Assembly: GCA_037447435.1 (NCBI GenBank)
Contig: JBBIGR010000001.1
Coordinates: 96,001 to 160,000, forward strand
Direction of reading: 5' to 3'
Length of the DNA stretch: 64,000 bases
From: Fibrobacteria bacterium
GTDB lineage: Bacteria > Fibrobacterota > Chitinivibrionia > Chitinivibrionales > FEN-1185
A program made the translations under genes and the position numbers. Shown one piece after another: positions 49,383 through 59,232 of the stretch. The notes below the pieces were generated by a model. It did no database searches and was not told the origin of the DNA. It worked only from the letters and a program-made list of their open reading frames with translations. Position 1 is the stretch's first letter; the number at the start of each line of letters is the position of its first letter.

Positions 49383-51276
49383 TCAATCCTCCTATGAAAC
49401 AGCGGTCCTGGACACGGAGTTTTTTATGATCGTATTTATCGAGCGACCGTTGTTCCATTCGCTTAAGTATGGAATCAAGCATAGTAACGGCGCTGTCTAT
49501 GTATTCTCCTTTATTGAGCATGACGCATTCGGCCCGGACGCTCATGGCCGCATCGCTTATTTCCGCACGCGACGGCATGCCGGTTTTTGCAAGATTTTCA
49601 AGCACCTGCGTTGCCCAAATGACCGGCACGTGGGCTGCTTCACAACAAAGAAGAATCTCGTCTTGCGCTTCGGCGAGATTGTCGAAACCAAGCTCTACGG
49701 CCAGATCTCCGCGTGCAATCATGACGCCGATGGGATGAGACGCCATTGCAGACAAAAGAAGCGACGGCAGCCGTTTGATTGCCAGCCTGGTTTCTATTTT
49801 AAGTACGACACCGAGGCTTGCGCTTCCTAAACGGCTCAAATGCCGTTGCAAAGAAACAATATCGGATGGTGAACTGACAAATGAGAGCGCCACAATGTCG
49901 GCATGCCGCGCGATGAAAGCGAGGTCGATAACGTCTTTTTCGGTTAGGCCCGATGTGGAAAGTTCGCTGTCGGGCAGATTGATGCCTTTATCGGCTCGCA
50001 GCCTGCTTCCCTGGGGTTTTGCTGCAGTAATCGTAATGCAAACTTTTTGAGCAGAAACCGATTCAACGACGCCCGTGATTTTACCATCGTCTAGGCAAAT
50101 CCTTTCGCCGGGTTCGATATCGGCAAACACCTCCGGCAAGGTGCATGAAATGGTTGCGGGTGAAAGAAGTCTGCCGTTTTTGGCCCGACGGGCTGTTTTG
50201 CCGGGTTTAATTTGAGCAGAAAGAACAAGCGTATCGCCTGGTTTGAGCAGGATGAATTCCTCGGTGCATGGAAGAGTCGCGACTTTACCGGTGGAAACAA
50301 GCGATTTGGTCCTTCGGAAAATATGGAATTCGGTATCGGGTACGATATAGCCGGTCATTTCCGACTTGGCAAGGCATCCCATGCTGTGCTTTTGGGTGAC
50401 ATCCATACGCCGCAGGCGTTTGCGCGCATCGCGATACATCAGGACATCACCGGTTTTCAGATTTTTATGCCATCCGCTTCGCACAGGGATGGCTGTTGCT
50501 GCTTTTTCCGGAGAAGTTGAAATGGCCGTTTCATCACAGAGCCAGACCGTGCACGGCTTGACAATTGCGCCGAGAGCGTTTCTTGTTGGCCTGATTTTTA
50601 TTACCTGAGGGCCGGGAGAAAGCGGCCCGGTACGCAACTTCGGGCCGCCCAGGTCCATTAAAATCCTGCAGTGTTTGCCGACGTCCTGTGCGGCGCGCCG
50701 AACATTATCGCACATGCGTCTCCATACGGTTTCGTCGTCATGGGCACAGTTGATACGTGCGCAATCCATGCCGTTTTCAATAAGTTTTTTAACTTTTGCA
50801 TAGTCAGTTGCGGCGTCGCTTGCCAATGTAACCATGATGCGGCCCCGACGGTTTTTGGGCGGCGGTCCAAAAAGTGCCTCGGTATGCGCATCCAATAACG
50901 AATGCCCCTGTTCATAGGTTACCTGACGGGAATACGACCCCGTGAGCAGGCCTGGACGGTCTAAAAGGGTATTAAGCAGACGCATCACCGATAATATGCT
51001 GGCCAAAACATGCGATTCGCTTCTGCCAAGCGATGAAAAACCGAATGATGAAAGTGCGTTTCTCATGGGAAAAAGGTCGTGTCGTAAAAGCGCGAGATAA
51101 TGAAGAAAATTGCGGGCGCTGGTTTCATACGCGCGATGGAGCTTATTGATGCGGGCGGTATGTGTGGCTTCATAGTCAAGCAGGTCCTGCATGATCGCCT
51201 GTAGCTTTTGTGCTAAATCTGCGGCTTTATCCGGGTCAAAATCGTGAAAACGATGGTTTTTCTTTTTAATGGTCAT
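49366..51276 (-). CDS. pyk: Atypical long-form pyruvate kinase
   Basis: ARINCAHD, DLGGPKLRTG, KGINLP, LKIET, ARGDLAVE, ATQVLE, RAE.SD, VMLNKG; N-terminal SARNFLHYLAL extension; start taken at ATG 51276. Confidence 0.85.
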   Translation of the reverse strand: MTIKKKNHRFHDFDPDKAADLAQKLQAIMQDLLDYEATHTARINKLHRAYETSARNFLHYLALLRHDLFPMRNALSSFGFSSLGRSESHVLASILSVMRLLNTLLDRPGLLTGSYSRQVTYEQGHSLLDAHTEALFGPPPKNRRGRIMVTLASDAATDYAKVKKLIENGMDCARINCAHDDETVWRRMCDNVRRAAQDVGKHCRILMDLGGPKLRTGPLSPGPQVIKIRPTRNALGAIVKPCTVWLCDETAISTSPEKAATAIPVRSGWHKNLKTGDVLMYRDARKRLRRMDVTQKHSMGCLAKSEMTGYIVPDTEFHIFRRTKSLVSTGKVATLPCTEEFILLKPGDTLVLSAQIKPGKTARRAKNGRLLSPATISCTLPEVFADIEPGERICLDDGKITGVVESVSAQKVCITITAAKPQGSRLRADKGINLPDSELSTSGLTEKDVIDLAFIARHADIVALSFVSSPSDIVSLQRHLSRLGSASLGVVLKIETRLAIKRLPSLLLSAMASHPIGVMIARGDLAVELGFDNLAEAQDEILLCCEAAHVPVIWATQVLENLAKTGMPSRAEISDAAMSVRAECVMLNKGEYIDSAVTMLDSILKRMEQRSLDKYDHKKLRVQDRCFIGGLSDERK

Positions 51277-51844
51277 AAAAATTAAAAATATATTGTCATC
51301 GTAAGGCAACAAAGCGCTAACACAATACTAACAATCGGCTCGTTAAAAGCTATGCAGATAATAAGCTCCGGGAAAGTAGTTTCTACAGGTAATTTGTTGC
51401 TCTGATTTTCACTTGGTTACAGGCAATTATCAGCGAGATAGATAGGAATCTGCGCCAAGGGGAATGCCGTTTCCGGACGGAAGTTGCTCAAGTGCAAATT
51501 CAAGCAATGATCCTTTTGCAATCACATGAATTTCGGGTATTCGTTCATGAAAATATCGCAGCGATTGGATTGCTCGTTGAGCAAGTTATTAATCTATTAT
51601 TTGTTCTTTATTCAAGCCGTATTCCATAACGTCGTATTTCCCGAATTAAAACCCGGTTTATTTTCACGGAAAATTGAGAAAAAAAATAAAAGGAACTACA
51701 GCAATAAGGCTAACAACCACCCGACGGTGTGTTTGAGCGCTAACCAAATTCTAACTACGCCGAAATAATCAACGCATGGCCAAGGTTCATATTATTAAAA
51801 ATTCAATTTATCCTGCTTACAAACCCTTTGTCAAAGAGTGTTTT

Positions 51845-54556
51845 ATGATTAGGTTTCGTCCGCTCATTGCGGCAATTACTGTTTTTACCAGTATATTTTG
51901 TTTATCTAACATCAACGCTCAAGCTGTGCTTTGGAATCAAATTTACACTGGTTTAGACGCTTCGACAGCTCATTCAATTTGTCAAACGCCAGATAATGGT
52001 TTCTTTGTAGTAGGATCAATATGTGATTCAGGCGGGATATCAAAAGCCATTTTCCTGAAAACCAACTATTCGGGAAACTTGATGGGTCAAAAATCCGTTT
52101 CACAAGGAAACACCGTTGCATACGATTGCAAACCTACTTTTGACCGGTGTTTTGTTGTCACAGGATATGTAACCGATTCCTTGGAAAACGAGAGTATAGG
52201 CATTGCAAAATACGATTCTATGGGCAGTCAGTTGTTTTTCACTTATTTGAAAGGCATTGGAAGCAATCGCGCATATTCCATTTCACAAACACCGGATTCC
52301 GGGTTTCTTGTTGGCGGGTACACAACGATGGTTCAAGCGGCAGATACCGATATTATAATTGCCAAAATTGACAAGAACGGAGAAGTTCAATTCACAAAAA
52401 CTTTTGGTGGTATAGGCTGGGACTGTTGCTATGCGTTGATGGCAATGGGTGACGGTGGGTGTATGGTAACTGGAGGAACAACCTCCTACGGCCAGAATGG
52501 CGGCAAAGATTCTTTTCTTGCAAAGCTTGACGTATCAGGATCAGTAATCTGGTACAAAGTATATGGAGGTACGGGAGATGACATCGCCTATAACTTGACA
52601 TCCGCAAATGACGGCGGCTATGCGTTGGTCGGCAGCACAACTTCCTTCGGCCCAGGTCAGAAAGCATTCCTGCTCAAGACCGACTCCAATGCAAACTATC
52701 AATGGCACAAGACCATCGGCGGCAGCTCTTCTGACGCAGCCTATGGCGTTGTACAATTGCCGGATAGCGGATTCATGGTTGCGGCAAATTTGCCGTCGAT
52801 TTCGACTGACAGCGCGGCTATGGCTATCACAACAAATGCGAATGGCGACAGCAAATGGTCTGCAAAATTCAATGGATTTGTGACAGTTGGAGGATCACCG
52901 TTGACCAAATGCCCAGAACAACGAATTGGCTTTTTATACACCCGTTTTCAAGCAGGAGACACTGCAATCGGGTTAGCCACCATTTCCTCAAACGTGAGCA
53001 TGCCGGGAGTTATCAAAGTTTCGGCGGGGTACAATTTCAGCCTGTTTCTTAGAAACGATGGGAGTCTTTTTTCCTGCGGATATAACTATTCCGGTCAACT
53101 TGGGGATGGAACAACAACCGACCGTTCCACTCCAATCTTGATGATGAACGATGTCATTGATATGGCTGCCGGTGGTAATCATGTTCTTGTTCTCAAGAAG
53201 GATCAAACCCTTTGGTCATGCGGTAGTAATAGCTCGGGACAACTTGGTGACGGATCAACATTCGACAGGCATATTCCTTTACAAGTAATGACCAATGTGA
53301 AAACAATGGCAGCTGGTAACAGTCATAGTCTCATATTGAAAACCGATGGAACGCTCTTAAGTTGCGGTTTCAATGGCTATGGCCAATTGGGTGATGGTAC
53401 GACATCAGATAAGGCTATTCCTAAATTAGTTTTTAGTGGCGTTCAAGATATTGCTGCCGGTGAGCATCATAGCCTAATTTTAAAGACTGATGGAACCCTT
53501 TGGTCATGCGGCTATAATTATTATGGACAACTCGGAAATGGTACGACGGAAAACATCTTATCGCCAGTTGAAATTCTATCTAATGTCCAGAGCGTCTCAT
53601 CCGGATGGGATTATAGCATGATTTTGAAAAAGGACAATACTCTTTGGGCATGTGGAATGAACAACTCTTATCAATTGGGTGATGGTTCAACAACTAACCG
53701 ATCAACTCCTATGATGGTATTGTCAAACGTTTCCAATGTTGTTGCCGGATACTGGAATACTATGGCGTTCTTGACCAACGGAGACCTTTGGGCTTGCGGA
53801 AGCAACTATTCCGGTCAAATCGGAGATGGCACAACGGCAAGCCGAGCTACCTTCACAATGAATATGAGCGGCATTCAAAGTGTTGCTGTAAATTACGGCC
53901 AAAGCCTATTTCTCAAATCAGATGGAACATGTTGGGCCGCGGGTGATAATTACTATGGTGAATTAGGCGATGGGACTAATATTGACCATTTGTCCCCCGT
54001 ACAGCTTCAAGTTGGCAATTTGCAACCATCGGGACCTTCAATAACTATGCAACCTCAAGACCAATCCGATACCGAAGGGCAGACTGCAAGATTCTGCATC
54101 ACCGCGACCGGAACTAATCTTAATTATCAATGGCAGAAAAACGGAACCAATATTCCTGGTGCTACTTCCGCGTGTTATGTCGGTTCGGCCTTATCGCTTA
54201 CTGATGATGGCAGCATATTCCTGTGCGTCGTGAACAATGTTGTTGGGAGTGTAACAAGTAGTGGCGCCACACTCAGAGTATTTCCTTCAACGCCTGTTGC
54301 ACCTCATTTTATTTTACAGCCTTATTCACAAATTGTAACAGCTGGTTCCATGGTGTCTATGACAGCTATTGCATCTGGCAATCCTTCCCCAACGTATCAA
54401 TGGAAAAAAAATGGGAAAAATATCTCTGGCCTAAACTCTCCTCGACTTACGATTCACGACGTAGACACGTCGGATGCCGGATCTTATACTTGTGTAGCCA
54501 CCAATTCTTTGGGAAGCGTTGAAAGTAGGCCGGCTGTGTTGATAGTAAATCCATAA
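51845..54556 (+). CDS. Secreted protein: N-terminal propeller + RCC1 repeats + two Ig domains
   Basis: Signal peptide from ATG 51845; W.KT.GG...D....DGG repeats; seven G.N..GQLGDG repeats; YQW.KNG..I.G Ig motifs. Confidence 0.85.
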   Translation: MIRFRPLIAAITVFTSIFCLSNINAQAVLWNQIYTGLDASTAHSICQTPDNGFFVVGSICDSGGISKAIFLKTNYSGNLMGQKSVSQGNTVAYDCKPTFDRCFVVTGYVTDSLENESIGIAKYDSMGSQLFFTYLKGIGSNRAYSISQTPDSGFLVGGYTTMVQAADTDIIIAKIDKNGEVQFTKTFGGIGWDCCYALMAMGDGGCMVTGGTTSYGQNGGKDSFLAKLDVSGSVIWYKVYGGTGDDIAYNLTSANDGGYALVGSTTSFGPGQKAFLLKTDSNANYQWHKTIGGSSSDAAYGVVQLPDSGFMVAANLPSISTDSAAMAITTNANGDSKWSAKFNGFVTVGGSPLTKCPEQRIGFLYTRFQAGDTAIGLATISSNVSMPGVIKVSAGYNFSLFLRNDGSLFSCGYNYSGQLGDGTTTDRSTPILMMNDVIDMAAGGNHVLVLKKDQTLWSCGSNSSGQLGDGSTFDRHIPLQVMTNVKTMAAGNSHSLILKTDGTLLSCGFNGYGQLGDGTTSDKAIPKLVFSGVQDIAAGEHHSLILKTDGTLWSCGYNYYGQLGNGTTENILSPVEILSNVQSVSSGWDYSMILKKDNTLWACGMNNSYQLGDGSTTNRSTPMMVLSNVSNVVAGYWNTMAFLTNGDLWACGSNYSGQIGDGTTASRATFTMNMSGIQSVAVNYGQSLFLKSDGTCWAAGDNYYGELGDGTNIDHLSPVQLQVGNLQPSGPSITMQPQDQSDTEGQTARFCITATGTNLNYQWQKNGTNIPGATSACYVGSALSLTDDGSIFLCVVNNVVGSVTSSGATLRVFPSTPVAPHFILQPYSQIVTAGSMVSMTAIASGNPSPTYQWKKNGKNISGLNSPRLTIHDVDTSDAGSYTCVATNSLGSVESRPAVLIVNP

Positions 54557-54736
54557 TCATTAGTCTTTTACGAGGGTTTTAATCAATTCCTAACTTTATC
54601 TGTACTTAAACCTAACTTCTACAGCCTTATTTTAAAATCTTGCCGAATTTTTAACATCACGAATCTTACCATATAAGATGATGACTTATTGCATAAAAGT
54701 AAACACAAAAAATCATGGATGAATTAAGGAAAAAAA

Positions 54737-56236
54737 ATGAATAAAACACAACGATTTCTTCTTGGGGCTGCTCTGCCACTTTTGTTTGCAATAGCGGCAA
54801 ATGCCGCTATAAATGCCAGGATAACCGTGACGCAGGCAAAGCTCGACAGTGCCTGCGGTACGCATAACATTAAGGTCGCTTTTATATGTCAAAACCAGGC
54901 ATATATTCTCGACTTTTCCCAGACTACGCCCCAAATACAAGCAATGGCTGGTGTTACAAATGCATATTATCCTGTTATTTCTCCGGAAGGGCAATTAGTA
55001 ACCTATCAAACCGGAGTTGAGTCCGACGGAGCTTCAACAAGTCTTATAAAGGGAAAAGTTTGGATGAGAGAAGCTGCTGCAACCGGAACACCTGTTCTTG
55101 TTGCAGACTCGGCATTTGTGCCGCGATTTGTTTTAAATACGCCGGTAAGCGCTCCGGAAATTGTTTATGTGACAAGCATCACCTGTCCTCAGCAGATTTG
55201 CTACACGGAGGGAAAGACGCTTAAAAGAAAAATTGTAAATATGGTTCCGCAAGCTGCGGAAGTCATATGTGGTTCAGGTAGTTATTATGGTGGAATTTCC
55301 TGGGACAACCGCTATCTGTGCACAGGCTGGGACGGCGGTCCGAACGCGTTCTTATTGGATTTACAAAACAGTAATGGTACGCCCCGCGGTATCCATTTCT
55401 TGCATGTGAAGAAAATCGGCACAAATGCCGACACTATTGTGCGGATAGGCGTATGCAATATTTCGCGTTCTGCAAGCAGAGTATTTACCAATGCAATGCT
55501 TTATTTTGATTTCGGATCCTATGCCGTCAAAGATGCGGGTTGTTATAATCCGTTGCTCGGATCATGGGATTTGCATCAGAAACTTTTTATTTCACGGTAC
55601 GATTCCGAAGATTTGAAGGTTTTTGAGACTCCTGCGGATAAAAAAATCATTTCCTCGGATTCATCGCAAGGCTTGGGCGAGGCGATTGGAAAAGAATGGG
55701 ACTTTCCCGAGTGGTCGAATCATCCTTATTATGCCGTTGCCAGCCTCTTGGTTGACAGATTGTTCCAGGTTTCGGGCGATTGGCAGCACGTTCAAAACAG
55801 GGAGGCAATATATCTTGTAAATCTGAAAGACTCCAGTTATATCAAACTTCTTGAAACAACAGACACGTCATATACTTCAAAAACATCTTTTTTTTATCCC
55901 GGTTTAAATGTCCAGTTGCCTACAAATTTTGTTGAAGACAGTACCTGGCTTTCAAAAACAATCTGGGAACGCGCGAGCCAGGGCATTGCGCACCCTATCC
56001 CGATTAATTATGCTAGAAGAAACAAGACGGCTCTTGGTATTAACGCGAAGCACGATCCTGTGAACGTGACCATTTATTCGGTGCTTGGCCAAAAGCTTTT
56101 GTCGATGACTCAATCAACTGACTTGGCCTTGAATGTAGACGATATGGCAAAGTCCTTTCGATCAGGCATTTATTTTATTGGCGTTTCGGCTGAAGGCAAA
56201 AAACAGCAAATTGTTCGTTGGGTAAAATGCCACTAA
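54737..56236 (+). CDS. Secreted protein with TIGR02171-like propeller domain and T9SS-like tail
   Basis: Signal peptide; ISPEG, VCNIS, YFDFG, EWSNHP, NLKDSSY motifs shared with 1187..4255; IYSVLGQ...SGIYFI tail. Confidence 0.7.
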   Translation: MNKTQRFLLGAALPLLFAIAANAAINARITVTQAKLDSACGTHNIKVAFICQNQAYILDFSQTTPQIQAMAGVTNAYYPVISPEGQLVTYQTGVESDGASTSLIKGKVWMREAAATGTPVLVADSAFVPRFVLNTPVSAPEIVYVTSITCPQQICYTEGKTLKRKIVNMVPQAAEVICGSGSYYGGISWDNRYLCTGWDGGPNAFLLDLQNSNGTPRGIHFLHVKKIGTNADTIVRIGVCNISRSASRVFTNAMLYFDFGSYAVKDAGCYNPLLGSWDLHQKLFISRYDSEDLKVFETPADKKIISSDSSQGLGEAIGKEWDFPEWSNHPYYAVASLLVDRLFQVSGDWQHVQNREAIYLVNLKDSSYIKLLETTDTSYTSKTSFFYPGLNVQLPTNFVEDSTWLSKTIWERASQGIAHPIPINYARRNKTALGINAKHDPVNVTIYSVLGQKLLSMTQSTDLALNVDDMAKSFRSGIYFIGVSAEGKKQQIVRWVKCH

Positions 56237-56297
56237 AAAGTAAAACCTGGTTGTCCTTATCTGAGGAAACCATTTTCCTGAGTTGAGCATAAAATAA

Positions 56298-56332
56298 ATG
56301 TCCCCAATCCGTTTTCTTGCCCGTTATATAGG
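56298..56332 (+). promoter_or_regulatory. Putative ECF promoter B: ATGTCCC-N17-CGTTATATAGG
   Basis: Same boxes and spacing as 44195-44229; upstream of the mod operon. Confidence 0.65.
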
Positions 56333-56392
56333 TGAATATGCACCCCTCTCACCGGATCTTAGTTTTACGATGATCCAAGCCCTTATTTTTTT
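56331..56392 (+). ncRNA. Candidate structured sRNA / attenuator leader B
   Basis: GGTGA/TCACC stem exposing CACCCCTC; GGATC/GATCC stem; T-tract 56386-92. Confidence 0.4.
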
Positions 56393-56560
56393 ATTTTGCC
56401 GTTTTATCCCGTAATAATCGTATGTAAATATTTATCATAGGCAAAATTGGTATGACTGATCAAATCAAAGCAAAATCCTAATGAATTATTAACAATGTCC
56501 CGGTAATTTAATGACCATGTTTAATTGGAGGCTGCATTTCTTATTTATGGGAGCCCAATT

Positions 56561-57346
56561 GTGTGTAGATTTTTTCGTCGTGGCATCAAATTGTTCGTTT
56601 CGTTTTGTCTGGTGTTCTTTTATGTTGTTGGTATTTCTGCAGAGGAAAAGAAACCGCAAAGTTCCATTCTGGTCCATTGTGCAGCGGGAATGCGTAAGCC
56701 CATAGAACTGTGTGCGAAAAAATTCGGGGATTCGATGGATATCGCCGTACAGCTTTCCTATGACGGTTCGAACCGACTGCTCGGACAAATAGAACTCACT
56801 CATAAAGGTGATGTTTACATTTGCGGAGACGCCGAGTATGCGGACAGCGCAAAAGTCAAGGGGCTTGTAGGCCAAATGGGGACGATATGTTGGTTTTCAC
56901 CGGTAATACTTGTTAAAAAAGGAAATCCTAAAAAAATCCTCTCAATGGCCGACCTTACAAAGCCGGGTTTAAAAATCGGTCAGGGTGATGAAAAATCCGC
57001 AGCAGTCGGAAAAATCGTTCCGAAATTGCTTTCTTTAAATACTGTCGATACGGATCTGTGGAAAAAAAATGTCGTTCTCGTAACTCCAACGGTTACTGAA
57101 CTGGGAAACGCAATGAAACTGGGTACCGTTGATGCGGTTATTATTTGGAACAGCATTGCCCAAGGGTATAAAGACGTTGGAGAAATAATTCCGATCACTA
57201 AAAAAGTTGTTTGCTCGGTCGAGGCCGTCGCGCTTTCGACAAGTACAAATAAGAACGTTGCGCTTCAATTCCTTGATTTCCTTACAAGACCTTCAGGCAG
57301 GAAAATCCTCTCTGATGCCGGATATTCTGTTGACAATAGCGATTAA
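56561..57346 (+). CDS. modA: Molybdate/tungstate ABC substrate-binding protein (ModA-like 1)
   Basis: GTG 56561 with GGGAG RBS; CAAGMRKP, YDGS..L..QI, GDVY, KGNPKKI, GTVDA. Confidence 0.75.
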   Translation: MCRFFRRGIKLFVSFCLVFFYVVGISAEEKKPQSSILVHCAAGMRKPIELCAKKFGDSMDIAVQLSYDGSNRLLGQIELTHKGDVYICGDAEYADSAKVKGLVGQMGTICWFSPVILVKKGNPKKILSMADLTKPGLKIGQGDEKSAAVGKIVPKLLSLNTVDTDLWKKNVVLVTPTVTELGNAMKLGTVDAVIIWNSIAQGYKDVGEIIPITKKVVCSVEAVALSTSTNKNVALQFLDFLTRPSGRKILSDAGYSVDNSD

Positions 57347-57349
57347 CAC

Positions 57350-58189
57350 ATGAAAATCAAAGCATTCCCAATTCTTTTTTCCATACCGCTTGCAATTCTG
57401 ACCGGCGCCATAACCCTTATCATCATAGCCGATATTTCATACGTGCATAAAAGCGATATTATATCGACATTGCTTTCCAAGGATATCGTCTCGTCCATGA
57501 TTCTCACATTGGAAACTTCAATACTGACGACAGTCATTTCGGTCATCATTGCGGTGCCAAGCTCCTATGCCCTGAGCCGTTTCAAGTTTCCCGGCGCTTT
57601 TGTTCTGGATACACTGATAGACCTATTGATTGTTGTGCCGGTTCTGGTCGTCGGCGTCAGCATCTTGGTTTTTTTCCGCATGGGCTTTTTATTGGAATCC
57701 AGCCCGTTTCCGCCTGCCGTACTCGTAGGTAAAGTGATTCAATGGCTTGGGGATGTCTTTATTTATCAACGTGCAGGCATAGTGCTCGCCCAATTTTTCT
57801 GTTCGGTCCCTTTTGCAGTGCGCGTTATAAAAAGTACCTTCGATGATATGAGTCCACGAACCGAACATGTTGCGCAGACTCTGGGATGCAGTCGTCGTCA
57901 GGCTTTTTTCAAAGTAAGCCTCCCCCTTGCCAGTCAGGGGATATTTGCCGGTGCCGTACTTGCATGGGCCCGGGCATTTGGGCTGTTCGGTCCCATTTCC
58001 ATTGTTGCCGGTGCGGTGCGGCAAAAAACAGAAGTCCTATCCACCTCTATTTTCCTGGAAATTTCTATTGGTCAGCTAGAAACAGGGATTGCACTTTCGC
58101 TATTGATGGTGGTTATCGCAAGCGCAATTCTGATGCTGTTAAGAATTGCTTCGGGAAAAACGCTTTTCGGAGGAAAGGTGCAGGTATGA
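57350..58189 (+). CDS. Molybdate/tungstate ABC permease (ModB/WtpB-like)
   Basis: YALSRFKFPG, EHVAQTLG EAA-like loop, WARAFGLFG. Confidence 0.82.
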   Translation: MKIKAFPILFSIPLAILTGAITLIIIADISYVHKSDIISTLLSKDIVSSMILTLETSILTTVISVIIAVPSSYALSRFKFPGAFVLDTLIDLLIVVPVLVVGVSILVFFRMGFLLESSPFPPAVLVGKVIQWLGDVFIYQRAGIVLAQFFCSVPFAVRVIKSTFDDMSPRTEHVAQTLGCSRRQAFFKVSLPLASQGIFAGAVLAWARAFGLFGPISIVAGAVRQKTEVLSTSIFLEISIGQLETGIALSLLMVVIASAILMLLRIASGKTLFGGKVQV

Positions 58190-59229
58190 TTGAAATTTCG
58201 AATCTGCGCCACAAAGCCGGCGAATTTCAGCTTGGAGTAAATCTCATTATTGCTGCAGATGAATATTTTGTCCTTCTGGGAAAAACCGGATGCGGTAAAA
58301 CATTACTGTTGGAATGTTTGAGCGGTTTGCGAGAATGCGAAAACGGTTCATCAATCAAAATTAACGGACGCACAATTACATTTGCGGAACCCCGTGAGCG
58401 GTCGATCGGGTATGTTCCTCAGGAAGGCGCACTTTTTACCCATCTCAACGTATTTGAGAACATCGCATTTTCACTCAGGGTCACTCGTATTGAAAAATAC
58501 GATATCGTAAGGCGTGTCGGACAAATTGCCGAGCTTTTAGGTATTTCATATCTTCTTACGCGGACTATAAAAGGGTTATCGGGCGGCGAGCGACAGCGGG
58601 TGGCTCTTGCCCGGGCTCTCATCCGAAAACCGTCGGTGCTGCTTCTCGACGAACCGGTGAGCGCCCTTGACGAAGGCACACGCGACGCCGTATGCGCAGA
58701 ACTTCTTACCATTCAACGGGAAATGAAAATTCCGGTTATCCATGTGTGCCACAGTTTCGATGAGGCATCCATCCTTGCCGATCGTGTGGGCATAATGCGT
58801 AACGGCTCAATTGCACAGCAAGGTACCTTGGAAGAGGTATACCGATTTCCGCTCGATGCTTATGTGGCAAGGATGATGCGACTCGAAAACATTTTTACCG
58901 CAAGTCTTACGCCGGAAGGAAAATTGTCCGCCAACGGCTTTGTCCTGTCTGCCGAACCAATCAACGGTTTCAGGAAATTCATCATACATCCGCACCTCGT
59001 TCGAATTGCGAAAAGCAATAATCATAACCCGGATATGCCGAACAGGATGAGCGGTATTGTAAAGGAACTGCATCGACGGGGAGCAATAACGGGCATTGTT
59101 CTGGACGGCCCTCTTTTATTGACCCTGTATGCAATGCCCGATGAGATCGAAGAAACAGGGATAGTGCGGGGAAAAGAAATCTCAGTGACTTTTCCCGCAC
59201 AAGCAATACATATGCTTACCGATGAATAG
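58186..59229 (+). CDS. ABC ATP-binding protein (ModC/WtpC-like) with TOBE-like tail
   Basis: ATG 58186 overlapping the permease stop; GKTGCGKT, LSGGERQRV, LLDEP. Confidence 0.88.
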   Translation: MIEISNLRHKAGEFQLGVNLIIAADEYFVLLGKTGCGKTLLLECLSGLRECENGSSIKINGRTITFAEPRERSIGYVPQEGALFTHLNVFENIAFSLRVTRIEKYDIVRRVGQIAELLGISYLLTRTIKGLSGGERQRVALARALIRKPSVLLLDEPVSALDEGTRDAVCAELLTIQREMKIPVIHVCHSFDEASILADRVGIMRNGSIAQQGTLEEVYRFPLDAYVARMMRLENIFTASLTPEGKLSANGFVLSAEPINGFRKFIIHPHLVRIAKSNNHNPDMPNRMSGIVKELHRRGAITGIVLDGPLLLTLYAMPDEIEETGIVRGKEISVTFPAQAIHMLTDE

Positions 59230-59232
59230 CCA

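Noticed and set aside
51345..51356. AAAAGCTATGC shared with the 28431 site, as a sigma54 promoter for pyk
   Set aside because: Lacks the -24 GG and -12 GC dinucleotides; probably coincidence
51445..51500. Cobalamin riboswitch-like GGGAA...CCGG stretch
   Set aside because: Lacks the GGTG.AA.TCC core and B12 box; no B12-related gene downstream
56322..56345. Full ModE operator upstream of modA
   Set aside because: Only the left half (CGTTATAT) matches; the right half is not palindromic and no modE is in the window; kept only as an alternative reading
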